A stretch of 64,000 nucleotides of DNA from Candidatus Dojkabacteria bacterium (GCA_035271645.1 DATERJ010000012.1:28964-92963); one strand, 5' to 3'. Counted from the first letter of the stretch, positions 9,629 to 19,487 are shown. The notes: generated from the sequence alone by a model not told the origin. Numbers and translations: made by a program.

Positions 9629-10745
9629 TAATTTTCTTGTTCTGTTGTAACTTCTTTACAAAATAGCATGCTAGGTATGTTGTAATTGGTACTGCTAAGA
9701 TTAGTCCAATACTTCCTACCAATGTTCTTACTATCTCTGTAGATACTACCTCCAGACTAATTACTTCACTAAAAGTTCTATCATCACTTAGAAAGAGAAG
9801 AAGGAGAGGCATAGATGCACCTGCATATACTAAGATTAATGTGTTAATCATAGATGCAATATGGTCTCTTCCAAGTTCAAGAGATCTTTTGAAAAGTTCT
9901 TTTGTTGATATATCTTTCTTAAGGTCATAGAGTTGGTGAACTATTGATGTTTGAGAGATTGTAATATCATCCATAATACCTAGTGTACCTATGAGTATTC
10001 CTGCAAGAAGGAGTCCTTTAAGATTGTATGTTGTATTATTCATACCTTGTAAGAAGAGTACCTCTTCAGATTCTGCTCCACTTAGATGTACTAGGTTACT
10101 GAAGATAACGGAGAGTATTCCTGTTATGATTAGTGCAATAATTGTACCTACTATTGCAATTGTTGTCTTTTTGTTAAATCCATGTGAGAGGTAGAAAGTT
10201 ATTGGTATGATAATCATGGATGTAAGTATTGTAATTAGTATTGGGTCTTTTCCTTGTTCTATCTGTGGTAAAAGAAATACAAAGATTATGAGGAAGGATA
10301 ATGCCATGGATAGTAGTGAGAGGAATCCCTTTTTTCTTCCTACTAATACTGCTAGTACTGTGAAGATAGCAAAGAGTATACCTAAGCTTTTAGTTCGGAT
10401 GTAATCTACAATGTAATATATTTCATTACCTTCTGCATCTATCATTTGTGATATTAATATTTCATCCCCTACCCTATACTTGTTTGTATGTCCCATGGGT
10501 TGTGTCCCATTCTCAGAGATTATCTCTTCACCTTTCTTATCTCCTTTTGTTACTAATATCTTTATTTTTTGATAGAGTTGTTTTTCTTTTGTTTCTTTGT
10601 GTTCTATTTCTTTTTCTTCAACAATCTCTGTTATCTTTCCATTCATATATTTAATGTTATCTTCTTGTGCAAATATATTACCTTTTGAGAAAAGGAATAT
10701 TGTTATTGTTGTTAGTAGTATTGTTAGGAGGTGTTTTGGTTTCAT
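9621..10745 (-). CDS. YibE/F family membrane protein
   Basis: DYIR, GILIGTLGIMDDITISQ, GRDHIASMINTLILVYAG, EIVRTLVGSIG motifs. Confidence 0.9.
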   Translation of the reverse strand: MKPKHLLTILLTTITIFLFSKGNIFAQEDNIKYMNGKITEIVEEKEIEHKETKEKQLYQKIKILVTKGDKKGEEIISENGTQPMGHTNKYRVGDEILISQMIDAEGNEIYYIVDYIRTKSLGILFAIFTVLAVLVGRKKGFLSLLSMALSFLIIFVFLLPQIEQGKDPILITILTSMIIIPITFYLSHGFNKKTTIAIVGTIIALIITGILSVIFSNLVHLSGAESEEVLFLQGMNNTTYNLKGLLLAGILIGTLGIMDDITISQTSIVHQLYDLKKDISTKELFKRSLELGRDHIASMINTLILVYAGASMPLLLLFLSDDRTFSEVISLEVVSTEIVRTLVGSIGLILAVPITTYLACYFVKKLQQNKKITN

Positions 10746-10794
10746 TTAGTAAGTTTAGTAGTTTAATTGTTTCATTATATCTCTATGTTATGGC

Positions 10795-10828
10795 AAAAGA
10801 CAGCCAGTATATTAAACTGACTGTCTTT
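10795..10828 (-). terminator. Intrinsic terminator downstream of 10877..11212
   Basis: AAAGACAGTCAGT / ACTGGCTGTCTTTT stem on the minus strand (one G-U pair), ending in U residues. Confidence 0.65.
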
Positions 10829-10876
10829 ACCTAATTCTAATTAACTGAAGACAAGAAGAGTAATACTTCCTTCTAG

Positions 10877-11212
10877 CTATTTAATTACTATTGATTCTCC
10901 ACATAAACTCCAAGCTTGGATATAGTCTCCTCCAAGTTTCTTTTCGAAAAGAGGTTTAAGAAAATCGTATAGAAAGCCTCCCTGTACACTTTTCTTTAGG
11001 TTCTTTCTATCATATCTGAAATCTAGTGTCACAAAATCAGTACCATCAGGTCTGATACTTGCATAGATTAAACCTTTGTCCTCCTTCTCCCATTCTTTTA
11101 CAGCAGAATAAAGCTGTATTGGAGATACATACAAATTAGAGAACTTGAGGGAACCTGTAAACATTCCATTTTTTAAAGAGGTTTGGAATTCCTCTTGTAT
11201 GGTTTTATCCAT
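10877..11212 (-). CDS. Hypothetical protein
   Basis: 111-aa ORF with its own TTGCAA-17-TATAAT promoter upstream and a terminator downstream. Confidence 0.7.
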   Translation of the reverse strand: MDKTIQEEFQTSLKNGMFTGSLKFSNLYVSPIQLYSAVKEWEKEDKGLIYASIRPDGTDFVTLDFRYDRKNLKKSVQGGFLYDFLKPLFEKKLGGDYIQAWSLCGESIVIK

Positions 11213-11320
11213 ATTATTAAAGTAATTAAAGTAAAATAAAGTATTAGTAATATATTATTATATTACTGTAACTATATTATACCATTTTTTACTAGGGGTT
11301 TGCAAATCCAATTCTATTAC

Positions 11321-11770
11321 TTAATGAACTTCAATATCAGACAAAGAAAGATACTTTGCTACAATATCAGCTCGTTCTTTGTTTCTACTTACTACAGCTA
11401 CACTTACAATTGAATCATCTGCTTCGTAATCCCAAAACTCTACTTCACCTTCTACATCTAGTAATGAACCAAACTCTACTCTTGAAACTAGTTGATAGTC
11501 ATGAGCCACTTTTTTAAACTCTTTACCTTTGAACTGTACTGTTTCCTTAAAACCATCAAATTCAGGTATTCTACCTTCATTATGTCCAAGGTAAATAATA
11601 TTATCAGAAGGGATAAGGACTAGGACATTATGTTCTTCTAACAGAACTTTTGCATATATTGATGTGGGTTCACTCTGGGTTGCATACAAAGCCTTACCTA
11701 AAACTTTGTATGGTTTATCCTTAATAACTAGAGTACTTCCTTCTGTGATTTTTTCTATAATGGTGTTCAT
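11321..11770 (-). CDS. Hypothetical protein, possibly DUF4178-like; probable start ATG 11770
   Basis: Beta-rich pattern (..YKVLGK.., V.FKGKEF, EVEFWDYE); the longer start overlaps the upstream gene. Confidence 0.55.
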   Translation of the reverse strand: MNTIIEKITEGSTLVIKDKPYKVLGKALYATQSEPTSIYAKVLLEEHNVLVLIPSDNIIYLGHNEGRIPEFDGFKETVQFKGKEFKKVAHDYQLVSRVEFGSLLDVEGEVEFWDYEADDSIVSVAVVSRNKERADIVAKYLSLSDIEVH

Positions 11771-11807
11771 ATAATTATTTCTTGTTAAATTATTTGTACC
11801 AAAATCT

Positions 11808-12053
11808 TTATCTCTCACTAACAAACTCAAACCTATTTACTACTGTACCATCCTCTAATTCTTTTGTACCCATGAAATCATCTAACTTTCTAACCCATGC
11901 TTTAGTTTCACTTTCTTCTTTGTAATACAATGGAATATATAATACAACATCCTCTTCTGTTTCAGAATCTTTAGCTAACATTAAAGCTAAATACATTCCT
12001 CCTTTGAAATGTCTATACACACCTGGTTGGAATTTTCTTTCTGTATTTCCCAT
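11808..12053 (-). CDS. DUF1653 domain protein
   Basis: GVYRHFKGG.Y, A.DSETEE.VV.Y..LY, WVR....F, RF signature. Confidence 0.9.
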   Translation of the reverse strand: MGNTERKFQPGVYRHFKGGMYLALMLAKDSETEEDVVLYIPLYYKEESETKAWVRKLDDFMGTKELEDGTVVNRFEFVSER

Positions 12054-12084
12054 ATATGAGATATGTTTTAAAATAATTAGTTAA

Positions 12085-12819
12085 TTATATACTCATTTGG
12101 AAATCTTTGCTCATCTTCTTTAGTTTAACAATCGCATTGTCTAATCTCTCCTTTACATCTTCTCTACAATGCTTCCCTATCCATACAATATGTCTATCTA
12201 TTAGAGCAATGTGTGGGATATCCTTTTCATCTAAATAAATTGCAACATTATCTTCCCCCAGAAAATCTGGATATATATCCTGATTTGATAATTCTAGAAA
12301 CTTTTTAATTAACTCAATTAAAGTTTTCTTAAACTCAGCATATTTTGTAGTATAGCTATGTAACTTCTTAGAATCTATTCTAAAAATATCTCCTTGTATA
12401 TTATCTATCCATTTGGTAGATATTAGAACAGTTTTCTGTCCTGTTCCCATAGGGTCATCACAGATAGAGTATTTCTCTTCTGGTATTACTAAGCTAGGTA
12501 TATTACCAAACTCAGAGGAGTACCAATCAGTTTCTTCTTTCCAATCTCTGATAACTTCTTGCAAATCTTCTATGGTATCTCCAGTATATACAGGTCTTGC
12601 TCTGAATTTTAGATATGGACGATTATTATGGTTAGGAGTTTCTTTAGAAATTAGTAGTGTTTTATTACAAACATCCTTATCTCTAAATACAAATGTTTGT
12701 CCGGCATAATATTTGTACTCTCCATATTGCCCTTTGTATTTTGATAATAACGACTCTACTGTTTTTCTACGTTCTTTGCTTTTGGAATTTGATGTAGAGT
12801 TCTTTTTAGGTTTTTTCAT
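12085..12819 (-). CDS. Hypothetical protein, possible protein-kinase-like fold
   Basis: 244-aa ORF; PDFLGEDNV then IALID resemble a catalytic loop and Mg-binding loop. Confidence 0.5.
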   Translation of the reverse strand: MKKPKKNSTSNSKSKERRKTVESLLSKYKGQYGEYKYYAGQTFVFRDKDVCNKTLLISKETPNHNNRPYLKFRARPVYTGDTIEDLQEVIRDWKEETDWYSSEFGNIPSLVIPEEKYSICDDPMGTGQKTVLISTKWIDNIQGDIFRIDSKKLHSYTTKYAEFKKTLIELIKKFLELSNQDIYPDFLGEDNVAIYLDEKDIPHIALIDRHIVWIGKHCREDVKERLDNAIVKLKKMSKDFQMSI

Positions 12820-12825
12820 ATTTGA

Positions 12826-13263
12826 TTATATATCCTCTTCTTTAAAAATCCTATTCACCCTTCTGTATATTAAATCTTCCTTATCATCAAAAATATCTTC
12901 CAGTTCTACTAAGGATACCCATTGATAGTTAATATGTTCATCAGATAGTATTACTTCAGGAGTATTGTCTAAAAATACTAAAAATGTAGTTTCTGTTATA
13001 TTCTTAATATCACCTTTCTCTGTAGTAAAACTATATTTTTCAGAATCTACCTCTTTTAACTCTCTATCTGATATATCTATACCTGTTTCTTCTTTTACTT
13101 CTCTTACTACGGTTTTTGGCATATCTTCACCTTCTTCAATACCTCCAGATGGTAATTCCCAAAAACCTGGAAAGGAATCATCTTTTGGTGTCCTTTGGAT
13201 AAGGAGGAACTTTTTATCAGGATTGAGTAGTAAGCAAGAGATATTTTCTTTTGTGATTATCAT
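12826..13263 (-). CDS. NUDIX hydrolase
   Basis: Nudix box GGIEEGEDMPKTVVREVKEETG; LSDEH..YQW. Confidence 0.92.
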   Translation of the reverse strand: MIITKENISCLLLNPDKKFLLIQRTPKDDSFPGFWELPSGGIEEGEDMPKTVVREVKEETGIDISDRELKEVDSEKYSFTTEKGDIKNITETTFLVFLDNTPEVILSDEHINYQWVSLVELEDIFDDKEDLIYRRVNRIFKEEDI

Positions 13264-13305
13264 TGTGGTAGGTATTTAAATTTAGTTGTTTCTGAAGCAG
13301 GTATC

Positions 13306-14268
13306 CTATTGCTTTTTGGCCTTCTTTGTTTCTAATCGTTCAATCCTTTTGTCCCAGTCACCATTCCATCCCTGAGACTTTGCTTGTTTAACCAATTCAA
13401 TTGCCTCATCATACTTACCCTGTTTATCAAGAATAATAGCTAACTGAGTATATCCAGGATGAGTTGGCAGTCCTCCAGAATAGCTCTTTAGAAAAGCTTC
13501 TGCAGCTTTTGGGGATAAGTCTATCTGTTTTTGAGCAGATTGTATAGCGATATCCAACGCCTTCGGGTCTATATCACGAAGTTTGTAATACAATCCCATT
13601 TTTGCAGCCCAGAAGAAGTGTTGATCTAAAGTATCCCCCTTCTCTACATATTCTTCCGCCTTGTTAATAAGTTTAAATGCTAAAGTTCTATCTCTTGGGT
13701 TATCAAACCAGCTAGATAAAGATGAGAGATGAAAAGATGCAGATTTTTCTGTTAGTTTTGACAGCCCATTCTTTAATCCTGATGATGCTCCTAGTGGTTG
13801 GTACATTTCTTCCATGTGATTTTGTTCTTCTTTTGTAAATTCTTTTTCAAACCACTCTGCTAGATTTAGATTAGGACTGTTGTCTTCAATATCTGTATAA
13901 GAGGAGACAACTTCCTGTTCTGTCTGATTCTCTTGATTCCTACTTTTCTTTTTTTGTAGAAAGTAATAAATAATAATAGCTATTCCAACAGGAGGTAAAA
14001 TAATTAGCAAAAAAAGTCCTATTAGGATAGTACAGATGGATGAGTTATTTCCATTTGTTTGTCTCGTTTTTTTGTTGGTTTTGAATAAATCTCCTAATCC
14101 AAATGTGGTTTTATTATAAACTTTGTTATATACGTATCTTTTAGGATTTGTAATCCAACCTGTTCCGCGTGGCATTCGTAGACCTAAGGAGTTTTTAATT
14201 TTTCTTTTTATAGAAAATCTTGCTGACAAACTCTTTTTTAAAGATGGCTTTCTTAATCCGAATTTCAT
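13306..14268 (-). CDS. Membrane protein: basic N-terminal domain, TM helix, C-terminal TPR-like helices
   Basis: MKFGLRKPSLKKS...GWITNPKR..YNKVYNKTT N-terminus, one TM segment, YTQLAIILDKQGKYDEAIEL TPR-like motif. Confidence 0.7.
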   Translation of the reverse strand: MKFGLRKPSLKKSLSARFSIKRKIKNSLGLRMPRGTGWITNPKRYVYNKVYNKTTFGLGDLFKTNKKTRQTNGNNSSICTILIGLFLLIILPPVGIAIIIYYFLQKKKSRNQENQTEQEVVSSYTDIEDNSPNLNLAEWFEKEFTKEEQNHMEEMYQPLGASSGLKNGLSKLTEKSASFHLSSLSSWFDNPRDRTLAFKLINKAEEYVEKGDTLDQHFFWAAKMGLYYKLRDIDPKALDIAIQSAQKQIDLSPKAAEAFLKSYSGGLPTHPGYTQLAIILDKQGKYDEAIELVKQAKSQGWNGDWDKRIERLETKKAKKQ

Positions 14269-14284
14269 ATCTGTATAACTCTAA

Positions 14285-14361
14285 TGGTGGGCGATACAGG
14301 AATTGAACCTGTGACCTTCACAATGTCAATGTGACGCTCTAGCCAGCTGAGCTAATCGCCC
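14285..14361 (-). tRNA. tRNA-Val(GAC)
   Basis: GGGCGATTAGCTCAGCTGGCTAGAGCGTCACATTGACATTGTGAAGGTCACAGGTTCAATTCCTGTATCGCCCACCA folds as a cloverleaf with anticodon GAC and encoded CCA. Confidence 0.97.
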
Positions 14362-14384
14362 ATCATAATGAACAGAATTCTACC

Positions 14385-14894
14385 CTATTTCTTTAAGTTT
14401 TTCCAATTATATATATTTCTTAATTCTCTAATATCTTTCTTCTTACTTTTCTCTGCGTTGTTGTAAAGGGTTTTAAGATACTCCGGAGATTCAAGACCAA
14501 GTGATTCAACCAAACAAGAAGTCATGTTTTTACCTATCTCAACAGCTGAAATAGCAGCAACCCAATCATCTCTTTCTATGAAATATACATCCACATTTTT
14601 GATATCATAGGCACCAATACGATTAGAGATTAAAACCTTACTGTCGATATCAACATCTGTTACTTTTCTAAATCCCCTTATCTTTTTCTTGTGGTTCTGT
14701 CCATGAACCATCTCTTCTAAGCTATACTCAATATCATCTAAGGTTAAATCGAAAAGGTCAGTTGTAAGTAGTGTCCCTTCTTCTCCATGTTCTAAAACAC
14801 TATCTATGTAACGAGTTAATCTCTCAACCTCATTTTGCTTGATGGCATCTCTGAGCTCATCTCCAGTAGTACATTTAGTATCTGTGAAATCCAT
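14385..14894 (-). CDS. Hypothetical protein translationally coupled to clpP
   Basis: 169-aa ORF; ATG overlaps the clpP TAA. Confidence 0.7.
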   Translation of the reverse strand: MDFTDTKCTTGDELRDAIKQNEVERLTRYIDSVLEHGEEGTLLTTDLFDLTLDDIEYSLEEMVHGQNHKKKIRGFRKVTDVDIDSKVLISNRIGAYDIKNVDVYFIERDDWVAAISAVEIGKNMTSCLVESLGLESPEYLKTLYNNAEKSKKKDIRELRNIYNWKNLKK

Positions 14895-15490
14895 TACCTT
14901 TTTCTAATTATTTTATCTACCAAACCATAGGCCTTAGCCTCTTTGGCAGTAAAATATTTATCTCTATCAGCATCCTTGGTAATCTGAGCAACACTCTGAC
15001 CTGTCTTCTCTGAAAGCATCTTGTAAAGCTGTTCTCTAATTTTCATAATCTCCTCTGCTTCAATTGCAATATCACTAGCCTGTCCTTTTGCTCCACCAAG
15101 AGGTTGGTGGATATGAATCTTACTATTAGGTAATGCAAATCTTTTTCCCTTTGCACCGTTAATGAGAATCATTGTTCCCATGGAAGCTGCTAAACCAACT
15201 GCTGTAGTTGAAACATCTGGTTTAATGTAGTTCATTGTATCGATAATTGCCATACCTGCTGTAATGTAACCACCAGGGGAGTTGATAAACATCTGGATAT
15301 CAGCATTAGGGTCTTCTTTCTCTAAAAACAACAATTGAGCAACAATGGTATTAGCCATATTCGTCTCTATCTCATCACTAACAAACACAATTCTGTCTTT
15401 CAATAGTCTGGAATATATGTCATAGGCTCTCTCACCACCTTTTTCTTTTTCTATGACTGTTGGAATTAATCCCATATTTTTCTTTTTCAT
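14894..15490 (-). CDS. clpP: ATP-dependent Clp protease proteolytic subunit
   Basis: [26 protein letters not shown] (Ser), IHQPLGG (His), DRD (Asp). Confidence 0.97.
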   Translation of the reverse strand: MKKKNMGLIPTVIEKEKGGERAYDIYSRLLKDRIVFVSDEIETNMANTIVAQLLFLEKEDPNADIQMFINSPGGYITAGMAIIDTMNYIKPDVSTTAVGLAASMGTMILINGAKGKRFALPNSKIHIHQPLGGAKGQASDIAIEAEEIMKIREQLYKMLSEKTGQSVAQITKDADRDKYFTAKEAKAYGLVDKIIRKR

Positions 15491-15493
15491 AAT

Positions 15494-16522
15494 TTACTTT
15501 TTACCTAAAACCTCCTCAATGAAGGTCTTGAATGCTAACTCTTTTTCGCTTACTCTTCTTACATACTCTCTCCACTCTTCATTCTCATATATACTCTCAT
15601 CTGTACCTTCTGGAGCACTTTTCTTAATGGTTTCAATCTTCTCATTCAATTCCTTCTCTCCAATCTTAATATCTCTTTCTTTAGCATAGAGCTTAAGGAA
15701 TACATCACTCTCAAGAGCTTCTTTAGCATCCTTCTGCCATAGTTCTCTCATCTTCTCCATTGTTATGTTGTTAGCTTGAAGGAAATTCTCAATCTTTTCA
15801 TCATCATGACCCATATCATGTACGAAGGAATGTTCTCTTTCATGGGCTTCATAATCAATTGCTGGTTGTGGAATCTTAATATTGGAGAGTTTAATTGCTT
15901 GTGCAAATGCATCATCTTCCTGTCTCCTCTGCTCATACATACCCTTCTGCTTTTCCAAAAGGTCCTTAACATATTTTTTCAAGTCATCCAATGTCTTTAC
16001 ATCTTTAATATTCATTAACTTTGCAATCTCCTTTGCCCAAGCATCATCCATCTTCTTAGCTTTTGTTTTGTTACCCTTAAACACATTCTCTAATGCATCA
16101 TTAACTTCTTTCTCTGTTACCTCAACCTTCTCTTTCTTTACCTTAATCTTCTTCATATTACCTAATGTAAACTCAGGCATAATGGGAATCTCAACAACTA
16201 AAACTAAGTCCTCATCTTTTGAGAAGTCTGGGAAACTTTTGTATGTAGGTGGTGCAATTGGAGAGAGGTTTTCTTTTTGAAGTGCAGTTGTAAGGTACAT
16301 TGGAACCATTTTTTCAAATGTCTGTACCTTGATAGTATTCTTTACCTCAGGCTCTATCATATCTGTTGGAACTTTCCCTTTTCTAAACCCATCTAGCTTT
16401 GTATTACTTAACTCTTGTTCTAGAACAGCTTTGTAACTTTTGTTAAAAGCATCCTTGGGGATAGTGATAGTAAATTCGACTACGCTATCGCTAATATCTT
16501 TTCTTGTATGAAAATCTTTCAT
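15494..16522 (-). CDS. tig: Trigger factor (short form)
   Basis: GFRKGKVP ribosome-binding motif; tig-clpP order; only 342 aa. Confidence 0.9.
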   Translation of the reverse strand: MKDFHTRKDISDSVVEFTITIPKDAFNKSYKAVLEQELSNTKLDGFRKGKVPTDMIEPEVKNTIKVQTFEKMVPMYLTTALQKENLSPIAPPTYKSFPDFSKDEDLVLVVEIPIMPEFTLGNMKKIKVKKEKVEVTEKEVNDALENVFKGNKTKAKKMDDAWAKEIAKLMNIKDVKTLDDLKKYVKDLLEKQKGMYEQRRQEDDAFAQAIKLSNIKIPQPAIDYEAHEREHSFVHDMGHDDEKIENFLQANNITMEKMRELWQKDAKEALESDVFLKLYAKERDIKIGEKELNEKIETIKKSAPEGTDESIYENEEWREYVRRVSEKELAFKTFIEEVLGKK

Positions 16523-16552
16523 GATGTATATATTTAAATTATGCGGTTGATT

Positions 16553-17278
16553 CTACACTTTTTGATACAATTTGTCTAGCTTGGCAATGACAACAAGTCT
16601 CTTTTCTGAAGTCCATAGAGGAGTACAGGTTATTAAGGTTAATCGATAGTCATCACTCTCTTTGACAACGGATATATCATTAGCTTCTACAATCTTAGTT
16701 TCTGTAACAATGTATGTATATTCTCCTTCGGTATGTTTAACTTTAATTTCATCTCCTACCGTAACCTTATCTAAATTGTAAAAAGTGTCTTTTGCAGGTG
16801 GAAGATTCATGAATCTGTGCCCAATTACAACAAAATTACCTTTATGCCCTGGGTATGTAGAGCTTGGGAAATGCCAGAATCCCCTATCCATTGTGTATGC
16901 ATCTGTACCCTGAAAAACATTTCCTTCAATCAGAACATTTGGGATTGAGATTGAAGTATTGAGTTCTTCTAAAATCTTCTTGTCGAGAATGATGTTAGCT
17001 CCTTTGATAGATTCTTCTATCGAACCTTCAACAAATTCTTCCTTTAGAAACTTATCTTTTGTTGGTGAGAGAGTTGTTAGTAAGTTAATTGTAGTATCTT
17101 TTGCAAGTGAGTAGATGTTTAGAGAGTTCTTTCTTAATGCAATATCGTTGTATTGTGGATATATGATGAAAAGGGATATTGGAATCAGGACCAATAGTAT
17201 TAGTAAAAGAGTTGTAAGTATCTGTATTGTTTTTTTCATTTCTTCCCCTATTCTACTAAATTTCCTAAACAGTTGCAT
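16553..17278 (-). CDS. Sortase (start may be ATG 17239)
   Basis: N-terminal TM; GHR (His), LTLITCTP (Cys), KRLVV (Arg) catalytic triad. Confidence 0.9.
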   Translation of the reverse strand: MQLFRKFSRIGEEMKKTIQILTTLLLILLVLIPISLFIIYPQYNDIALRKNSLNIYSLAKDTTINLLTTLSPTKDKFLKEEFVEGSIEESIKGANIILDKKILEELNTSISIPNVLIEGNVFQGTDAYTMDRGFWHFPSSTYPGHKGNFVVIGHRFMNLPPAKDTFYNLDKVTVGDEIKVKHTEGEYTYIVTETKIVEANDISVVKESDDYRLTLITCTPLWTSEKRLVVIAKLDKLYQKV

Positions 17279-17338
17279 TAAATTTAGAATTATATTATTC
17301 TAAGGTAGGGAGTATATAAATTATAATATAGGATTAAA

Positions 17339-18304
17339 GTGGCTAAGAAGAAAAACAAGTCTGCCCAAACAAAAACTACCCCAAAGAAGACAGTAAAGAC
17401 TGTCAAGAATCAAAAACCTGTTGCTAAAAATAGCATGGTTTCTAAGGTTGAGATTCAAGAGAAGAGAAGCAATACTTTATCCAGAATCATAGGGACAGTC
17501 CTGATTGTATTAGGGATTGCTTTGATAGGATACGGTGTTTTCTCATATATTAAATCAGATAAGGCTCCAAAGTTAGATGAGGCACTTACTCCTCCTACTA
17601 CGGCTCAGACATCAGCAATAACGAATGCTGAGAATATTGTCGTAAAGGGAGAGGCTGAAGGTCTTGATAAGGTCATTGTATATATCGACAATGAGGAAGT
17701 TGGTAAGGCAAGGGTAAACAAGGATGGAGAGTATGAGTATGAGCATGAAGTTGCAGAAGAAGGTAAATATATTGTTGCAACAGCAGGAGTAAAAGGTTTC
17801 TTCAAGAAGTTTGTCACTCCTAAGTCTGATCCTATCGTTGTAACTGTTGATAGAACAGCACCAGAGTTAACAGATATTAAATACTCAAGTGAGGTTGGTA
17901 CAGATAATTTCGGTGTAATTGGAAATGCAGAGCCTGAGAGTACAGTTGTTGTAAAGAGAGGTACAGATGTGTATGAGACAAAAGCTGATGAAACTGGATT
18001 GTTTGCAATTAAAAACATTGCTTTAGAAGAAGGACCAAATGTATATTCTGTTGAAGTTAAAGATAGTGCAGGAAATGTAAATGCAGTTGAGGAGAAGATT
18101 GAGGTTACATACTCTAAAGAAAGCAGTGTTAATGGAAATGCAGTTGTAGATGAGAATCTACCAGTTGCTTCAGGTGAGTTAGAAGCAGCACTCTCTGTAA
18201 TTAGAGATGGAAAGATTATGTTAATCTTAGGATTGATTGCATTTGTAGCATTCCTAGCTTCATCTGGAGTTGTTATCGCAAAGAGGCATAGAATCGAAGG
18301 TTAG
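17339..18304 (+). CDS. Surface protein with Ig-like domains and a possible sorting signal
   Basis: N-terminal TM, Big-like repeats (VTVDRTAP, G.AEP.STV, DSAGN), LPVASG, C-terminal hydrophobic helix and KRHR tail. Confidence 0.75.
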   Translation: MAKKKNKSAQTKTTPKKTVKTVKNQKPVAKNSMVSKVEIQEKRSNTLSRIIGTVLIVLGIALIGYGVFSYIKSDKAPKLDEALTPPTTAQTSAITNAENIVVKGEAEGLDKVIVYIDNEEVGKARVNKDGEYEYEHEVAEEGKYIVATAGVKGFFKKFVTPKSDPIVVTVDRTAPELTDIKYSSEVGTDNFGVIGNAEPESTVVVKRGTDVYETKADETGLFAIKNIALEEGPNVYSVEVKDSAGNVNAVEEKIEVTYSKESSVNGNAVVDENLPVASGELEAALSVIRDGKIMLILGLIAFVAFLASSGVVIAKRHRIEG

Positions 18305-18348
18305 TCTGTGCTATATTAAATAGTACATTAAGTTTAAGTAGGAAATCT

Positions 18349-19452
18349 ATGCCTAAGATATATTCTGTTGAGAGTAAAAAGGAGAACTCTAGTGGGTCTG
18401 GTATGAACAAAGTCGAAGTCCATTTAGATCCGAAGTTAGTTGCTTTGATATTAGTTATCTTAGCTATGATTTTCTTTGGTAAGCAACTTCTTTCTGTGAT
18501 TCTATTTATGATGTTGGCATTTGTATTTATGTGTACGATGAGGCCAATTGTTAGATGGTTTGAGAAGAAAGGGGTATCTAAAGGTTGGGCCCTTTTTCTT
18601 TCATATGCAGGACTGGTACTTGCCTGTGTGATATTGATTGCAATTATTGTAGTTCCATTTATCAACCAAATGGATAGTCTTGTAGCAACATTACCTAAAT
18701 GGATTGGGGAGATGATAGATTGGTTGAAGGGAATAAATATTGGTGGCAAGGGACTAGATACTGCAGAGATCGAGAAGGCAGCAACTGGTTGGTTAAAAGA
18801 TTTGACAAACTTGGGTAATGTTAAGAGTGTGACATCTGCAGTAAGTGGTATGTTTAGTGGTTTTGCTACATTCTTCTCAGCAGTAGTTCTTTCAGTATAT
18901 CTTGTTGCTGAGCATGATTCTCTGTCAGATGTTCTTTTTATCAGAATTAGATCAAAAGAAAAGAAGGACAGGGTAAAGCAGTTGATTGTAGATGTTGAGG
19001 ATAAAATAGGGAATTGGGTTTTAGGACAAGGTGCAGTTAGCTTGTTCGCTACTATTTTCTCAGCAGTAATCTTGTCAATCTTTAGAGTACCTTTCGCTGT
19101 TCCTCTTGCAGTTTTAGTAGGTATCTTAGATGCTGTTCCTACTGTGGGTGCAACATTAGCTGGCATTATTGTTGGCATTATTTCTTTGATTACAATTGGT
19201 CCTATTAAAGCAATAATAATATTGGTCTTAATGATGCTCTACCAGCAGGTTGAAAACAACATCATTATTCCAAAAGTAATGAGTAATGTTTCAGGTCTTA
19301 AACCACTATACATCCTTGTAGGTGCTATCATTATGTTAATCATTGCAGGACCAATAGGGGCAATTGTTACAGTTCCCCTACTCGTTATCGCAAAGATAGC
19401 ATATGAATTCTATGTAGACTTGCAAAAACTTGAAGCTAGGGGTATCGTTTAG
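18349..19452 (+). CDS. AI-2E family transporter
   Basis: Multi-TM; VPTVGA, QQVENNIIIPKVM, GPIGAIVTVP motifs. Confidence 0.9.
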   Translation: MPKIYSVESKKENSSGSGMNKVEVHLDPKLVALILVILAMIFFGKQLLSVILFMMLAFVFMCTMRPIVRWFEKKGVSKGWALFLSYAGLVLACVILIAIIVVPFINQMDSLVATLPKWIGEMIDWLKGINIGGKGLDTAEIEKAATGWLKDLTNLGNVKSVTSAVSGMFSGFATFFSAVVLSVYLVAEHDSLSDVLFIRIRSKEKKDRVKQLIVDVEDKIGNWVLGQGAVSLFATIFSAVILSIFRVPFAVPLAVLVGILDAVPTVGATLAGIIVGIISLITIGPIKAIIILVLMMLYQQVENNIIIPKVMSNVSGLKPLYILVGAIIMLIIAGPIGAIVTVPLLVIAKIAYEFYVDLQKLEARGIV

Positions 19453-19487
19453 TAAAGTAAGATATAAATTTTGTACTGCCCAGTATA

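Noticed and set aside
14285-14310. attL/attR duplication of the tRNA-Val 3' end
   Set aside because: No second copy found by eye downstream of the accessory cluster
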